From assembly GCA_947589245.1 (NCBI GenBank), contig CANQBD010000005.1, forward strand, positions 7 through 64,006: 64,000 nucleotides of DNA. Reading direction: 5' to 3'. Each line of letters starts with the position of its first letter. Within the stretch, counting starts at the first letter, position 1. Under the pieces are notes generated by a model. That model was not told where the DNA came from. It worked only from the letters and a program-made list of their open reading frames with translations, and searched no databases. The translations under genes and the position numbers were made by a program. Of this stretch, positions 18,427 to 27,356 are shown piece after piece. This DNA comes from an uncultured Anaeroplasmataceae bacterium (lineage in GTDB: Bacteria; Bacillota_I; Bacilli_A; Acholeplasmatales; Anaeroplasmataceae).

Positions 18427-19026
18427 ATGTCAAGATTTACAGGTTCAACTTGGAAAGTATCTCGTCGGTTAGGCTACTCTGTTAGTGAAACAGGTAAAGA
18501 ACTTATCAAAAGAAAATACGCTCCAGGTCAACATGGTGCAAAGCGTAAGAAATTAAGTGAATATGCACTACAACAAGCTGAAAAGCAAAAGGTAAGATTT
18601 ACCTATGGTGTTTCTGAAAAACAATTTAAGAAAATTTTTGCTGAAGCATCTAAGTCTAAAGAAAAAACAGGTGTTGCATTCTTACAATATCTAGAATTAA
18701 GATTAGATAACATAGTTTATCGTTTAGGTTTTGCAGCAACTAGAGCACAAGCTCGGCAGTTAGTTAATCATGGCCATGTTCTTGTTGATGGTAAAAAGGT
18801 CGATATCCCTTCTTATCGTTTAAGAGTAGGTCAAACAATCTCTATGAAGGAAAAATCAAAGGATTTAGTAGTGGTTAAAGCTGCTTTAGAAGCAAAGCTT
18901 GCTCGTGCTGAATATTTAAGTTTTGATGAAAACACTGGTGTAGGTACTTTAGTACGTTTACCAGAAAGAGATGAATTCTTACCAGAAATTAATGAACAAT
19001 TAATAGTTGAATTCTACAATAGATAG
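18427..19026 (+). CDS. rpsD: 30S ribosomal protein S4
   Basis: 199 aa with [31 protein letters not shown] and [14 protein letters not shown]. Confidence 0.97.
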   Translation: MSRFTGSTWKVSRRLGYSVSETGKELIKRKYAPGQHGAKRKKLSEYALQQAEKQKVRFTYGVSEKQFKKIFAEASKSKEKTGVAFLQYLELRLDNIVYRLGFAATRAQARQLVNHGHVLVDGKKVDIPSYRLRVGQTISMKEKSKDLVVVKAALEAKLARAEYLSFDENTGVGTLVRLPERDEFLPEINEQLIVEFYNR

Positions 19027-19035
19027 TAAACTAAG

Positions 19036-19065
19036 GCTACCAGCCAAAAGCTGGTAGCTTTTTTT
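19036..19065 (+). terminator. rpsD terminator
   Basis: gctaccagc-caaaa-gctggtagc followed by seven Ts. Confidence 0.85.
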
Positions 19066-19099
19066 ATCTAAAAAAACTGCTTCTTTTAAAAGCAGTTAA

Positions 19100-19735
19100 T
19101 TAAAGTATATATAAGTAGATGGCAATAAAGTGGCAAATAGTCCCACCTAAAACAAAAAAATGCCAAACAAAATGAGAATATTTAAATCTTGAAATATAAA
19201 AGGCTATTCCAATAGAATAAGCTAAACCACCAGCTAAAATAAGCCAGAAAAATGGTAAAGAATATTGATACATATTAGGTAAAATAGATAAACCAGACCA
19301 ACCTAAAATAAGCGCTAAAACAACTCTTAATATATTGTTCCGATTGGGAGTTAAAATTCTAACAAGGATAGCTATAATGACAATTCCCCATTGTAACCCA
19401 AAATAAATCCAACCAAGTGTACCACCTAATACATCTGATATTAAAATAGGTGTATAGGTACCCGCAATTAAAATAAAAATAGAGGAATGATCAAATATTC
19501 TAAACAAAGCTTTAACCTTACTACCATGCTTAAAACAATGATATAGACAGCTAGATAGATAAATAAAAAACATTGAAATACCAAATACTAAAACTCCCGC
19601 CAAGCCAACACCTGTCTTTTGTTTGATTAACATTAGGATTAAAGCAATTATCGCAAAAATAGCCCCAACACCATGAGTTATAGCATTGCCTATTTCCTCA
19701 CCTAAGCTTTGAGCCCTTTTTTTCTTTTCACTCAT
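19100..19735 (-). CDS. Hemolysin III / PAQR family membrane protein
   Basis: 211 aa with seven TM helices, NAITHGVG, DHSSIFILIAGTYTP and HFFVLGG. Confidence 0.88.
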   Translation of the reverse strand: MSEKKKRAQSLGEEIGNAITHGVGAIFAIIALILMLIKQKTGVGLAGVLVFGISMFFIYLSSCLYHCFKHGSKVKALFRIFDHSSIFILIAGTYTPILISDVLGGTLGWIYFGLQWGIVIIAILVRILTPNRNNILRVVLALILGWSGLSILPNMYQYSLPFFWLILAGGLAYSIGIAFYISRFKYSHFVWHFFVLGGTICHFIAIYLYIL

Positions 19736-19806
19736 AATATCACCCTAATAAAGTATAACACCATTTAATCTTTTTTTCAATACTAGATGATAAAATATTA
19801 AAAATT

Positions 19807-20745
19807 TTATATCTTTGTAAGGATAGCTTCTGCTTCTTTCCTAATCTCTTCTTTTAACCACTCTGGCTCTAGAACCTTGACCTTACTACCAAAGCCTAAA
19901 ACAAAAGTCTTAATCATAAATTTATTTTGCATTTGACATTCTAAAATAGTCTTATGTTCATCAATTCTTTCAATTCTTTGATTTTTACCATATTGGCGCT
20001 CACTAATAACTGTATAAAGATCAGTTAGTTCTAGCTTTATGTCATAATAGCGACCATCGTGTCTCATCCCAAATTCATCAATAAAGTCATGTTCATTATA
20101 AGTTAAAGCAACCGTAAAGCTTTCAGGTAACAATTTAATTTCTTTAATTCTATTTAAACGAAAATAACCATAGTTATTGACTGTTTCATTCCAAGCTAAT
20201 ACAAACCAAGAATCACTATAAATAAAAACCTTATAAGGATGAATGATATGGCTTTTATCTTTATTATACCCTGATTGATAAAGGATATTACATTTCTTTT
20301 TGTTAGCAATAGCCACCTTAAAGGTTTCATAACGCTTAAGAATCTCTGTTCTAGGCATAATCAACGGGTACTTTTCAATAATCATTAAATCATTATCGAT
20401 ATAATCCATGTCGTTTAACGCAATGACTTTAGAAATAGCCTTTAAATATTCCTTAAAGGCTAAAAAATCTTTTTGATGTTCCAAAAAATTACAACTAGAA
20501 CGTAAAGTATTTATTTCAGCTTCTGTTAATCTAACTGTTGGCATAAGACTATTCTTATTTAGATGATATCCCCCATAAATACCTCTTACCGATTCGATAT
20601 CATAGCCACAATCCTGCAAAGTTTTGACATATTCAATTATGTTACGAGGATTAACCTCTAAAAGCTCTGCTAGTTCGTTCTTGTTAAGAATATTTTTGGT
20701 ATTTAAAAGTCGTAGAAGTTCAAAGCATAACATTGTTTTATTCAT
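19807..20745 (-). CDS. HTH plus WYL domain transcriptional regulator
   Basis: 312 aa with an N-terminal winged helix (ELAELLEVNPRNIIEYVKTLQDCGYDIES) and a central WYL-like block (HPYKVFIYSDSWFVLAWNE, FRLNRIKEIKLL). Confidence 0.75.
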   Translation of the reverse strand: MNKTMLCFELLRLLNTKNILNKNELAELLEVNPRNIIEYVKTLQDCGYDIESVRGIYGGYHLNKNSLMPTVRLTEAEINTLRSSCNFLEHQKDFLAFKEYLKAISKVIALNDMDYIDNDLMIIEKYPLIMPRTEILKRYETFKVAIANKKKCNILYQSGYNKDKSHIIHPYKVFIYSDSWFVLAWNETVNNYGYFRLNRIKEIKLLPESFTVALTYNEHDFIDEFGMRHDGRYYDIKLELTDLYTVISERQYGKNQRIERIDEHKTILECQMQNKFMIKTFVLGFGSKVKVLEPEWLKEEIRKEAEAILTKI

Positions 20746-20816
20746 TATCTATCACCTATTTTAATTTTAACACCAAATACACTAGAAAAAAACTTCCAAA
20801 TTAATGGAAGTTTCTA

Positions 20817-21686
20817 TTATTTACGTTCATTAATGATATCACGCATATCCGCATATAAATCAGCTCTTTTTAATGCAAAATCAACTGTTGCCTCTAAAAA
20901 GCCTTTTTTAGAACCAATATCATAACGTCTGCCATCAATTGCAAGCGAATAAACGGCTTCTTTTTCCATTAATCTCAAAATAGCATCAGTAAGCTGAATC
21001 TCACCACCAGCTCCCCGCGTTTGAGTTTTAAGATAATCAAAAATAGCTGGTGTTAAAATATATCTACCACCAATTGCTAAATTTGAAGGAGCTTCTTCTA
21101 GTTTTGGCTTTTCAACCACACTTTCTAATTTTAATAATGTGCCCTTTTCATTAGGTAATGGTTTACAAATACCATATTTAGAAACATCAGAATCAGGAAC
21201 CTCTAAAGTACCTAAAATTGAAGAAGCTGTTTGATTATATGCAGCAATTAATTGCTTAGTAGCTGGCATTTTATTACCAACATAAACATCATCACCTAAA
21301 AGTAAAGCAAAAGGTTCTCCTTTGGCAAATTCATATGCACATAATACAGCATGCCCTAAACCTAATTGTTCTTCTTGATAGGTAAATTCAACTTTAATTT
21401 TATTAGGTAATTCTTTAATTATTTCTAATTCTTTAGTTTTATTTTTACTTGCTAAAAATTCTTCTAAAACAACATTATGTCCAAAATGAGTTCTAATACA
21501 CTCTTTTTCTTTGTTAATAATAATTAAAACTTCTTCAATACCACTTTCAATTGCTTCTCGAACAATATACTCAATTGTTGGAATATCAACTAAAGGCAGC
21601 ATTTCCTTTGGAACGGCTTTAGTAAATGGTAAAAATCTTGTACCAAAACCAGCTGCAGGTATGACCGCTTTTCTAACTTTTTGCAT
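20817..21686 (-). CDS. galU: UTP--glucose-1-phosphate uridylyltransferase
   Basis: Contains MQKVRKAVIPAAGFGTRFLPFTKAVPKEMLP and LGDD. I chose the start at MQKV so it does not overlap the upstream gene. Confidence 0.92.
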   Translation of the reverse strand: MQKVRKAVIPAAGFGTRFLPFTKAVPKEMLPLVDIPTIEYIVREAIESGIEEVLIIINKEKECIRTHFGHNVVLEEFLASKNKTKELEIIKELPNKIKVEFTYQEEQLGLGHAVLCAYEFAKGEPFALLLGDDVYVGNKMPATKQLIAAYNQTASSILGTLEVPDSDVSKYGICKPLPNEKGTLLKLESVVEKPKLEEAPSNLAIGGRYILTPAIFDYLKTQTRGAGGEIQLTDAILRLMEKEAVYSLAIDGRRYDIGSKKGFLEATVDFALKRADLYADMRDIINERK

Positions 21687-21690
21687 AAAT

Positions 21691-22941
21691 CTATTCCTTC
21701 TTTTCTTCAGGTTGACTAGTAGTTTCAACTTCCTGTGCTTCGGTTTTGTCAGGAGTTGACTCTTCTAAATTTGCCTCTTCAGTAGGTTCATTAACATCTT
21801 CTTTAACTTGTTCCGTAACTACAGGCTCAGCCTCTAAAACTTTAGTTTCTTTTGCTGCAGCTTTAGATTTATTAGGCTTCTTAATTTCATTTTCTAAATC
21901 ACTACTTTTAACCTTCTTACCATTAACGATAACATCATCATAGCTTTTATAATTATCTCTTGAGAAAAGACGTTTAATTGAGCGGAAATGAAAAATTAAA
22001 ATATAAAATAACGCCATTACTAGTATATAAAGCACTAGCATACCAATTGTTTGCCAAACTAACTTGCTTGGAGATAAATAACTATCATCAAAACGGAATG
22101 TATAGCCTTTTGTATTTTTATAAACCTCAAAATCGGTATTTAACCAACCTGTATCTCCTCCATCAGTACCATAGAAATTGAGAAATTTATCCTCAGCTCC
22201 ATCAACACCAGCTGCATAATCATTAAGATAAATATTATAATTTTCAAATAAAGGTTCTAAATCCTTAAAGAATTCTTGGGAAAAATCTAAGTTAACATTA
22301 GTTCTATAAACTTCCTCCCCAAAAGAATCAACTATAGCAAAAGAATCGATATTGCCATTAAGTTCTTTAACTATATCATCAAGCATTGTTTCTGTAATAG
22401 TAATAGTCATAAAATACCAAGTTGATTGAGAATTAGTATAGTCCCGACTATTATTTAAAGTTAATTCCTTTGGACTAGTAGGAGTTTCAACATATTCAGT
22501 ACTATTAACGCTATCACTTACAACAAAATGATAATGGTATTCATTTTGGCCACTATAAAAGACAAAACCCGTTTCATTAGAAACAGCACCAGAGCTACTA
22601 GTTTTATTACTATATGAGAATGAAGATTTAAAAATATAAAAATAATAAGCAGCTTCATACTTTAAATATCTAACTTCATTTTCACCTTGATAATATTTTT
22701 GATCAATTAAAGATGTTGCAGGATAAACAACTAAATCTAAATCATCAGTGTCATCATCAACAATAGAATTTGTGTCAAAGCAACCACCAAATACTTTAGC
22801 AACATCAGCATAATTAGAACTAGAAATTGCATCATTAACAACATTAGTTAAATGATTATATTGATTAGATTGATAGCCTATTATATAAACAAAGATGCCT
22901 ATAACAATAGCAATACCAATATATAAAATTTTTTTCCACAT
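21691..22941 (-). CDS. Hypothetical bitopic membrane protein with an acidic/Lys-rich C-terminal tail
   Basis: 416 aa with an N-terminal TM, an extracytoplasmic domain of about 270 aa, a second TM (VWQTIGMLVLYILVMALFYILIF) and a low-complexity E/K/T tail. I recognise no family. Confidence 0.5.
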   Translation of the reverse strand: MWKKILYIGIAIVIGIFVYIIGYQSNQYNHLTNVVNDAISSSNYADVAKVFGGCFDTNSIVDDDTDDLDLVVYPATSLIDQKYYQGENEVRYLKYEAAYYFYIFKSSFSYSNKTSSSGAVSNETGFVFYSGQNEYHYHFVVSDSVNSTEYVETPTSPKELTLNNSRDYTNSQSTWYFMTITITETMLDDIVKELNGNIDSFAIVDSFGEEVYRTNVNLDFSQEFFKDLEPLFENYNIYLNDYAAGVDGAEDKFLNFYGTDGGDTGWLNTDFEVYKNTKGYTFRFDDSYLSPSKLVWQTIGMLVLYILVMALFYILIFHFRSIKRLFSRDNYKSYDDVIVNGKKVKSSDLENEIKKPNKSKAAAKETKVLEAEPVVTEQVKEDVNEPTEEANLEESTPDKTEAQEVETTSQPEEKKE

Positions 22942-23022
22942 CTTAATATATTCCTTTCAAATTATAGTTTTTCCTATGTATGAAATTTTACCCTTTTTTC
23001 TTAAAAAAATCAACTATAACTA

Positions 23023-23050
23023 TTTACAAATCAAATAAAATAAGTATAAT
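23023..23050 (+). promoter_or_regulatory. Promoter of tRNA-His
   Basis: TTTACA (23023-23028), a 16-bp spacer, then TATAAT (23045-23050). Confidence 0.55.
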
Positions 23051-23080
23051 AGTAAATGCACGTTTAAAGCGGCAATAAAT

Positions 23081-23157
23081 GGCGTGCGTGGTGAAGTGGT
23101 TAACACAGTAGATTGTGGCTCTACCATGCGCAGGTTCGATTCCTGTCGCACGCCCCA
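23081..23157 (+). tRNA. tRNA-His (GTG)
   Basis: Encoded G-1, acceptor stem gcgtgcg/cgcacgc, anticodon stem gtaga/tctac with loop ttGTGgc, T-loop ttcgatt and an encoded CCA. Confidence 0.95.
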
Positions 23158-23170
23158 AACTTAAAAATAA

Positions 23171-23197
23171 AGTCTAGGTAGCTCTAGACTTTTTTTA
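23171..23197 (+). terminator. Terminator after tRNA-His
   Basis: agtctag-gtagct-ctagact followed by seven Ts. Confidence 0.75.
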
Positions 23198-23417
23198 TTT
23201 TTCTTCTTTACAATAAAATAATAACGTAACAATTGTCTGTTTAGCAATAACCAAATTACAATAAATATCCTTTAAAGTGCAAACAAGTATAATTCTACAA
23301 AACGAGTGGAGTAAGCACATTCATTAGTTCATTAAAAACTCCCCAATAAACTCGTCAAACATCAAAGCTAAAAACAATAAAAAATATAGCCTTTAGGTAT
23401 ATTTTTATAATAAAGCA

Positions 23418-23636
23418 TTATAAACTAAAATTCTTCTTTTTATTTGTCTTATCAAAAGTTTTTTCTAATTCACTTGTTGCATTCTTTAGACCCTTAATAA
23501 TTTTAGCAACATCAGCTTCATCATATTCATAAGCACTCGTGTTAGAAAGATTACCAATCAACTCTATTTGTTTTAAGGCCGCATTCATTCTAGCCTCTGC
23601 TAGTCTTTTAAATTTATCTCTTTTTGTTTCTGCCAT
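23418..23636 (-). CDS. Small hypothetical helical protein (72 aa)
   Basis: The ATG at MAETK follows RBS aaggatgg. The protein is helical and charged, with no recognised family. Confidence 0.5.
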   Translation of the reverse strand: MAETKRDKFKRLAEARMNAALKQIELIGNLSNTSAYEYDEADVAKIIKGLKNATSELEKTFDKTNKKKNFSL

Positions 23637-23801
23637 TTTAAACACCATCCTTTAATACTTAAATTTTACTATTATTTATATATAATGTCAAATAAAGTAT
23701 AAAAGGAAGCACAATGCTTCCCTAATTATATTAATTAATTTAAATAGTTGAAAAGTGTTGAATGTCGTTTTTTAAAAACACTTTTTCACATATTTTATCT
23801 C

Positions 23802-24683
23802 TTAAAATATTTTAATGTCTTTAAAAACTTTATTTATCGCATCTGATATAGTTTTTCCACTAGCCTTGCCACTTATCGTAACGTCACCAGATACTGAAGT
23901 GCTGGAAACTAAAGATATATCAGCCCCATTCTTAATAGCAACATCACCAGATACTGTTGAAATTTTATAAACAGCTTCATTACTTCTGTTGATAATAATA
24001 TCGCCACTTATCGTATTTAATTTGACACTATCAGCGGTAATCTCATCAATCACAATGTCACCACTTGTTGTAGATATAGTAGCATTCGGACTTTTTAGAC
24101 TATCGATAACTATATCACCAGTTACAATTGATACATAAGCTGATTCTAACGCTGTAATATTAGCAATTTTAGCATCCCCACTTATAAGGTTGAATTTAAA
24201 ACTATTAACATTAAGATCACAAATTCTTAAATCAGTATGTGCCCCTGAAATAACAAACTTATCAAAACAAACATCAGGCCCAATAACCATAGTACCTTCA
24301 AAATGCTTTCTTTTGATTAGATTGTTAGCTTTTAAGCTAATTTCATCTTCACTATTTTTAATTTCTACATATTTTTCAATTTCATCATCTTCAGCAAATT
24401 GAAAGCTGATGCCAGCTTTTTTAGAAGTAACAATTGTAAAATCACTAAATAAATTTGCAAAATCTAAATTGCAATTCCATCTCTTTTTACCAGTTGTAGA
24501 TTTTGGATTAAATTTAGTTAAAACATCATCCACACTACCAAGCATTTCAATTATTTCTTCATCGGTCATTTCAGCCTCATACCCTAAATCAAAACGTTTA
24601 GCATAAGTATCTACAATTTCTTCAGCTTCAATATTATTTTCTTCTAAAGCTTTTCTTAATTCTTCTAAATATTTTTCTTTCAT
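23802..24683 (-). CDS. DUF1700-like N-terminal domain fused to a DUF4097-like beta-strand repeat domain
   Basis: 293 aa. The N-terminus is KYLEELRKALEENNIEAEEIVDTYAKRF. The C-terminus has repeated (S/T)GD(I/V)xI units (TGDIVID, SGDIVID, SGDIIIN, SGDVAIK, SGDVTIS). Confidence 0.7.
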   Translation of the reverse strand: MKEKYLEELRKALEENNIEAEEIVDTYAKRFDLGYEAEMTDEEIIEMLGSVDDVLTKFNPKSTTGKKRWNCNLDFANLFSDFTIVTSKKAGISFQFAEDDEIEKYVEIKNSEDEISLKANNLIKRKHFEGTMVIGPDVCFDKFVISGAHTDLRICDLNVNSFKFNLISGDAKIANITALESAYVSIVTGDIVIDSLKSPNATISTTSGDIVIDEITADSVKLNTISGDIIINRSNEAVYKISTVSGDVAIKNGADISLVSSTSVSGDVTISGKASGKTISDAINKVFKDIKIF

Positions 24684-24687
24684 AATT

Positions 24688-25062
24688 TTATAACTCCTTT
24701 AACATTTTTTCAGCTGTTTCAAAAGAAATTTCCTTATTTTTTAAAGCCCTTAGAATTTCTTCACGAGTCATCTTTTCTTCAGGAATAATAGTAACAGCAT
24801 CAAAGCCTAAAGATTTGATAATATCATCAATATTCTTTTTAACTGTTGGATAGGAAATATTCAACTCCTTTTCAACGCCTTTGATATTACCAGCATTCTT
24901 TAAAAATACTAAAGCAAAATTTTGTTGTTCAACAGTCAAATAGTCAAATCTTGATAAATTGAATTCTCCTTGAATTTTTGTACCACATGCATTACAGCTC
25001 AATTCACTAACAAATAATTTTTCGTTGCAAATTGGACATACACCCAATAATCTTTTTTTCAT
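24688..25062 (-). CDS. DUF2089-like zinc-ribbon plus HTH protein
   Basis: 124 aa with CPICNEKLFVSELSCNACGTKIQGEF and then LTVEQQNFALVFLKNAGNIKGVEKELNISYPTVKKNI. Confidence 0.7.
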   Translation of the reverse strand: MKKRLLGVCPICNEKLFVSELSCNACGTKIQGEFNLSRFDYLTVEQQNFALVFLKNAGNIKGVEKELNISYPTVKKNIDDIIKSLGFDAVTIIPEEKMTREEILRALKNKEISFETAEKMLKEL

Positions 25063-25163
25063 AACAAAACCTCACAATCAGCAAAAATAAATTTATTTTA
25101 TAATTAAATTTTAATCATAAAATTAATTTTGTCAATATGTTTTATTAATTTTTTTAATTTTTA

Positions 25164-25206
25164 TATTAATTTTATTTATTTTTGTATTAATTTTATTTAT
25201 TTTTTG
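25164..25206. repeat. Tandem AT-rich direct repeat (21 and 22 bp) in the DUF2089 operon promoter region
   Basis: tattaattttatttatttttg is followed by tattaattttatttattttttg, with further degenerate copies just upstream (25141-25163). Confidence 0.8.
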
Positions 25207-25210
25207 CATA

Positions 25211-25237
25211 TAAAAAGAGGAACCTTTATAGTTCCTC
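25211..25237 (-). terminator. pcrA terminator
   Basis: Minus strand reads gaggaac-tataaag-gttcctc followed by ttttt. Confidence 0.75.
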
Positions 25238-25238
25238 A

Positions 25239-27338
25239 TTAAATTTTATGATATGATGGATGATTTTTAATTAAGGTCTTAATACCTGTAGGAGACGGAA
25301 AAGCTACCTTTAGAGCATTTTCAGCCACGCCAACAACAATGCCTTTACCAAAAACATTATGGATAACCTTATCACCTAATTTATAATCCTCAGCAGTTAT
25401 CGATTTATCCACCAGCTTTGAAAAATCAATTTGAGACTTTTTAGAGTAATCTGCTGAAATATTTTTTAAGTATTTTGTCCCCATTTCCTTAATAAATCGT
25501 GAAGGAAGCATAGCCTCACTTTGACCATAAAGTCGACGATACTTAGAACAAGAAATATATAACCTTTCCTTAGCCCGTGTTATACCAACATAACAAACTC
25601 TTCTTTCCTCATCAAGATCTAAATCATCAAGATGATATTCACTTGGAAATACTCCTTCCTCCATAGCTACCATAAAAACATTCTTAAATTCCAACCCCTT
25701 AGCTTGATGAAAGGTTGTTAAAGTTACACAATCAATATCCTTAGCCTCATCATATTCACTTCTTAAAGATAAATCATTTAATAAACTATTTAATTTGGCA
25801 AAGTTATCACCATCAACTAGCTCATCGGTTTCTTTTAAAACATTTTTAAGCTCAAAAATATTATTTATACGCTCATGTTCAGGATCTTCATTTAAAAGCA
25901 TTGTACGATAACCGGTTTCATCTAATAAAATATCAATTAAGTTTTTTAAAGGATAATTATTAAGCTCTTCTCTAATACTTATAATTGTCTTATAAAAATC
26001 CTTTAAAGCTTGAACTCCAACGCCACTGCCATTATAACTAGGTATAGCATCAAATAAAGATACTTTCAGATCATAGGCATGTTTGTTTAATTTTTCAAGT
26101 AGTGCAGGACCTATTTTTCTTTTAGGCTCATTAATAATTCTATTAAAAGAAAAATCATCATCACTATTGACAATTATACGCATATAGGCAACCATATCTT
26201 TAATTTCTTTGCGAGCAAAAAATGATAGACCACCAAAAATTTGATACGGTATTTGAGCCTTAATTAAAGCATCTTCAAAAACTCTAGAAATATAATTGGT
26301 TCGATACATTATAGCAAAATCAGAATAGGAATCACCATCAATGTGAAATCTGTTAATCTTGTCTATGACAAATAAAGCTTCGCTCTTATCACTAGCCGCT
26401 TCATAATAAAAAGGAACCATTCCATTCTTATTATTAGAAAACATGACCTTTTTTATTTGATTAGGATTGTGTTCAATAATTTGATTGGCTAAATTTAAAA
26501 TTTCTTCTGTTGAACGATAATTTTCTTCAAGTAGTATTAATTTGGAAGATTGAAAATCATCTCTAAACCGCTTAATATTTTCAATCTTGGCACCTCTAAA
26601 AGAATAAATTGATTGAAAATCATCACCAACAACAAAAATATTTTGATAACGATTGGCAAGCATAAAAACTAATTTATATTGTAGATCATTAGTATCTTGA
26701 AATTCATCAATTAAGATATAAGCAAATTTATCCTGATACTTTTGTAAAACTTCTGGATTGTTTTTAAGTAAATCAATTGTTTTAATGATTAAGTCATCAA
26801 AATCTAACATATTGTTTTCTTTTAAAAAATATTCATATTCTTCTGATACCTTATCATAAACACTCTTTAAATAAGGATCTCTTAAATTAAAACCAATAAA
26901 ATTCTTGGCTTTGGAAATTAACTCTCTTAAATACTTAGGTTTATAATTTTCAATATCAAGCTTTTTAAAAATATCTTTGACAATTTTTAAAGAATCTTCT
27001 TCATCTATAATTGAAAAATTATGATTATAAGGCGGTAAATACTTGTCCACCTCTAAGCGCAAAAGACGAGCACAAAAACTATGGAAAGTTGAAATCCACA
27101 TATACCTAGTATCAACCCCAATTAAATCCTCTACTCGCTTTTTCATCTCGGCCGCAGCCTTATTCGTAAAGGTTACAGCTAAAATACTATAAGGAGATAT
27201 GCCTGTTTGGTCTAAAATATAGGCAATACGATGAGTTAAAACTTTTGTCTTGCCAGAACCAGCACCAGCCATAACTATAACCGGCCCATTAATAGTTGTA
27301 ACAGCTAACTTTTGAGCCTCATTTAAACCATTAAGCAT
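25239..27338 (-). CDS. pcrA: ATP-dependent DNA helicase PcrA (UvrD family)
   Basis: About 700 aa with LNEAQKLAV, AGAGSGKTKVLTHRIAYIL, LIDEFQDTN, VGDDFQSIYSFRGA, TTFHQAKGLEF and VCYVGITRAKE. Confidence 0.92.
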   Translation of the reverse strand: MLNGLNEAQKLAVTTINGPVIVMAGAGSGKTKVLTHRIAYILDQTGISPYSILAVTFTNKAAAEMKKRVEDLIGVDTRYMWISTFHSFCARLLRLEVDKYLPPYNHNFSIIDEEDSLKIVKDIFKKLDIENYKPKYLRELISKAKNFIGFNLRDPYLKSVYDKVSEEYEYFLKENNMLDFDDLIIKTIDLLKNNPEVLQKYQDKFAYILIDEFQDTNDLQYKLVFMLANRYQNIFVVGDDFQSIYSFRGAKIENIKRFRDDFQSSKLILLEENYRSTEEILNLANQIIEHNPNQIKKVMFSNNKNGMVPFYYEAASDKSEALFVIDKINRFHIDGDSYSDFAIMYRTNYISRVFEDALIKAQIPYQIFGGLSFFARKEIKDMVAYMRIIVNSDDDFSFNRIINEPKRKIGPALLEKLNKHAYDLKVSLFDAIPSYNGSGVGVQALKDFYKTIISIREELNNYPLKNLIDILLDETGYRTMLLNEDPEHERINNIFELKNVLKETDELVDGDNFAKLNSLLNDLSLRSEYDEAKDIDCVTLTTFHQAKGLEFKNVFMVAMEEGVFPSEYHLDDLDLDEERRVCYVGITRAKERLYISCSKYRRLYGQSEAMLPSRFIKEMGTKYLKNISADYSKKSQIDFSKLVDKSITAEDYKLGDKVIHNVFGKGIVVGVAENALKVAFPSPTGIKTLIKNHPSYHKI

Positions 27339-27356
27339 AAAATCCACCTCCTTATC

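Noticed and set aside
25141-25210. Short direct repeats that might suggest a CRISPR-like array.
   Set aside because: There are only two full 21-22-bp units, directly adjacent with no spacers, and they are almost pure A/T. This fits promoter-region curved or UP-element DNA better. No cas genes are in the window.
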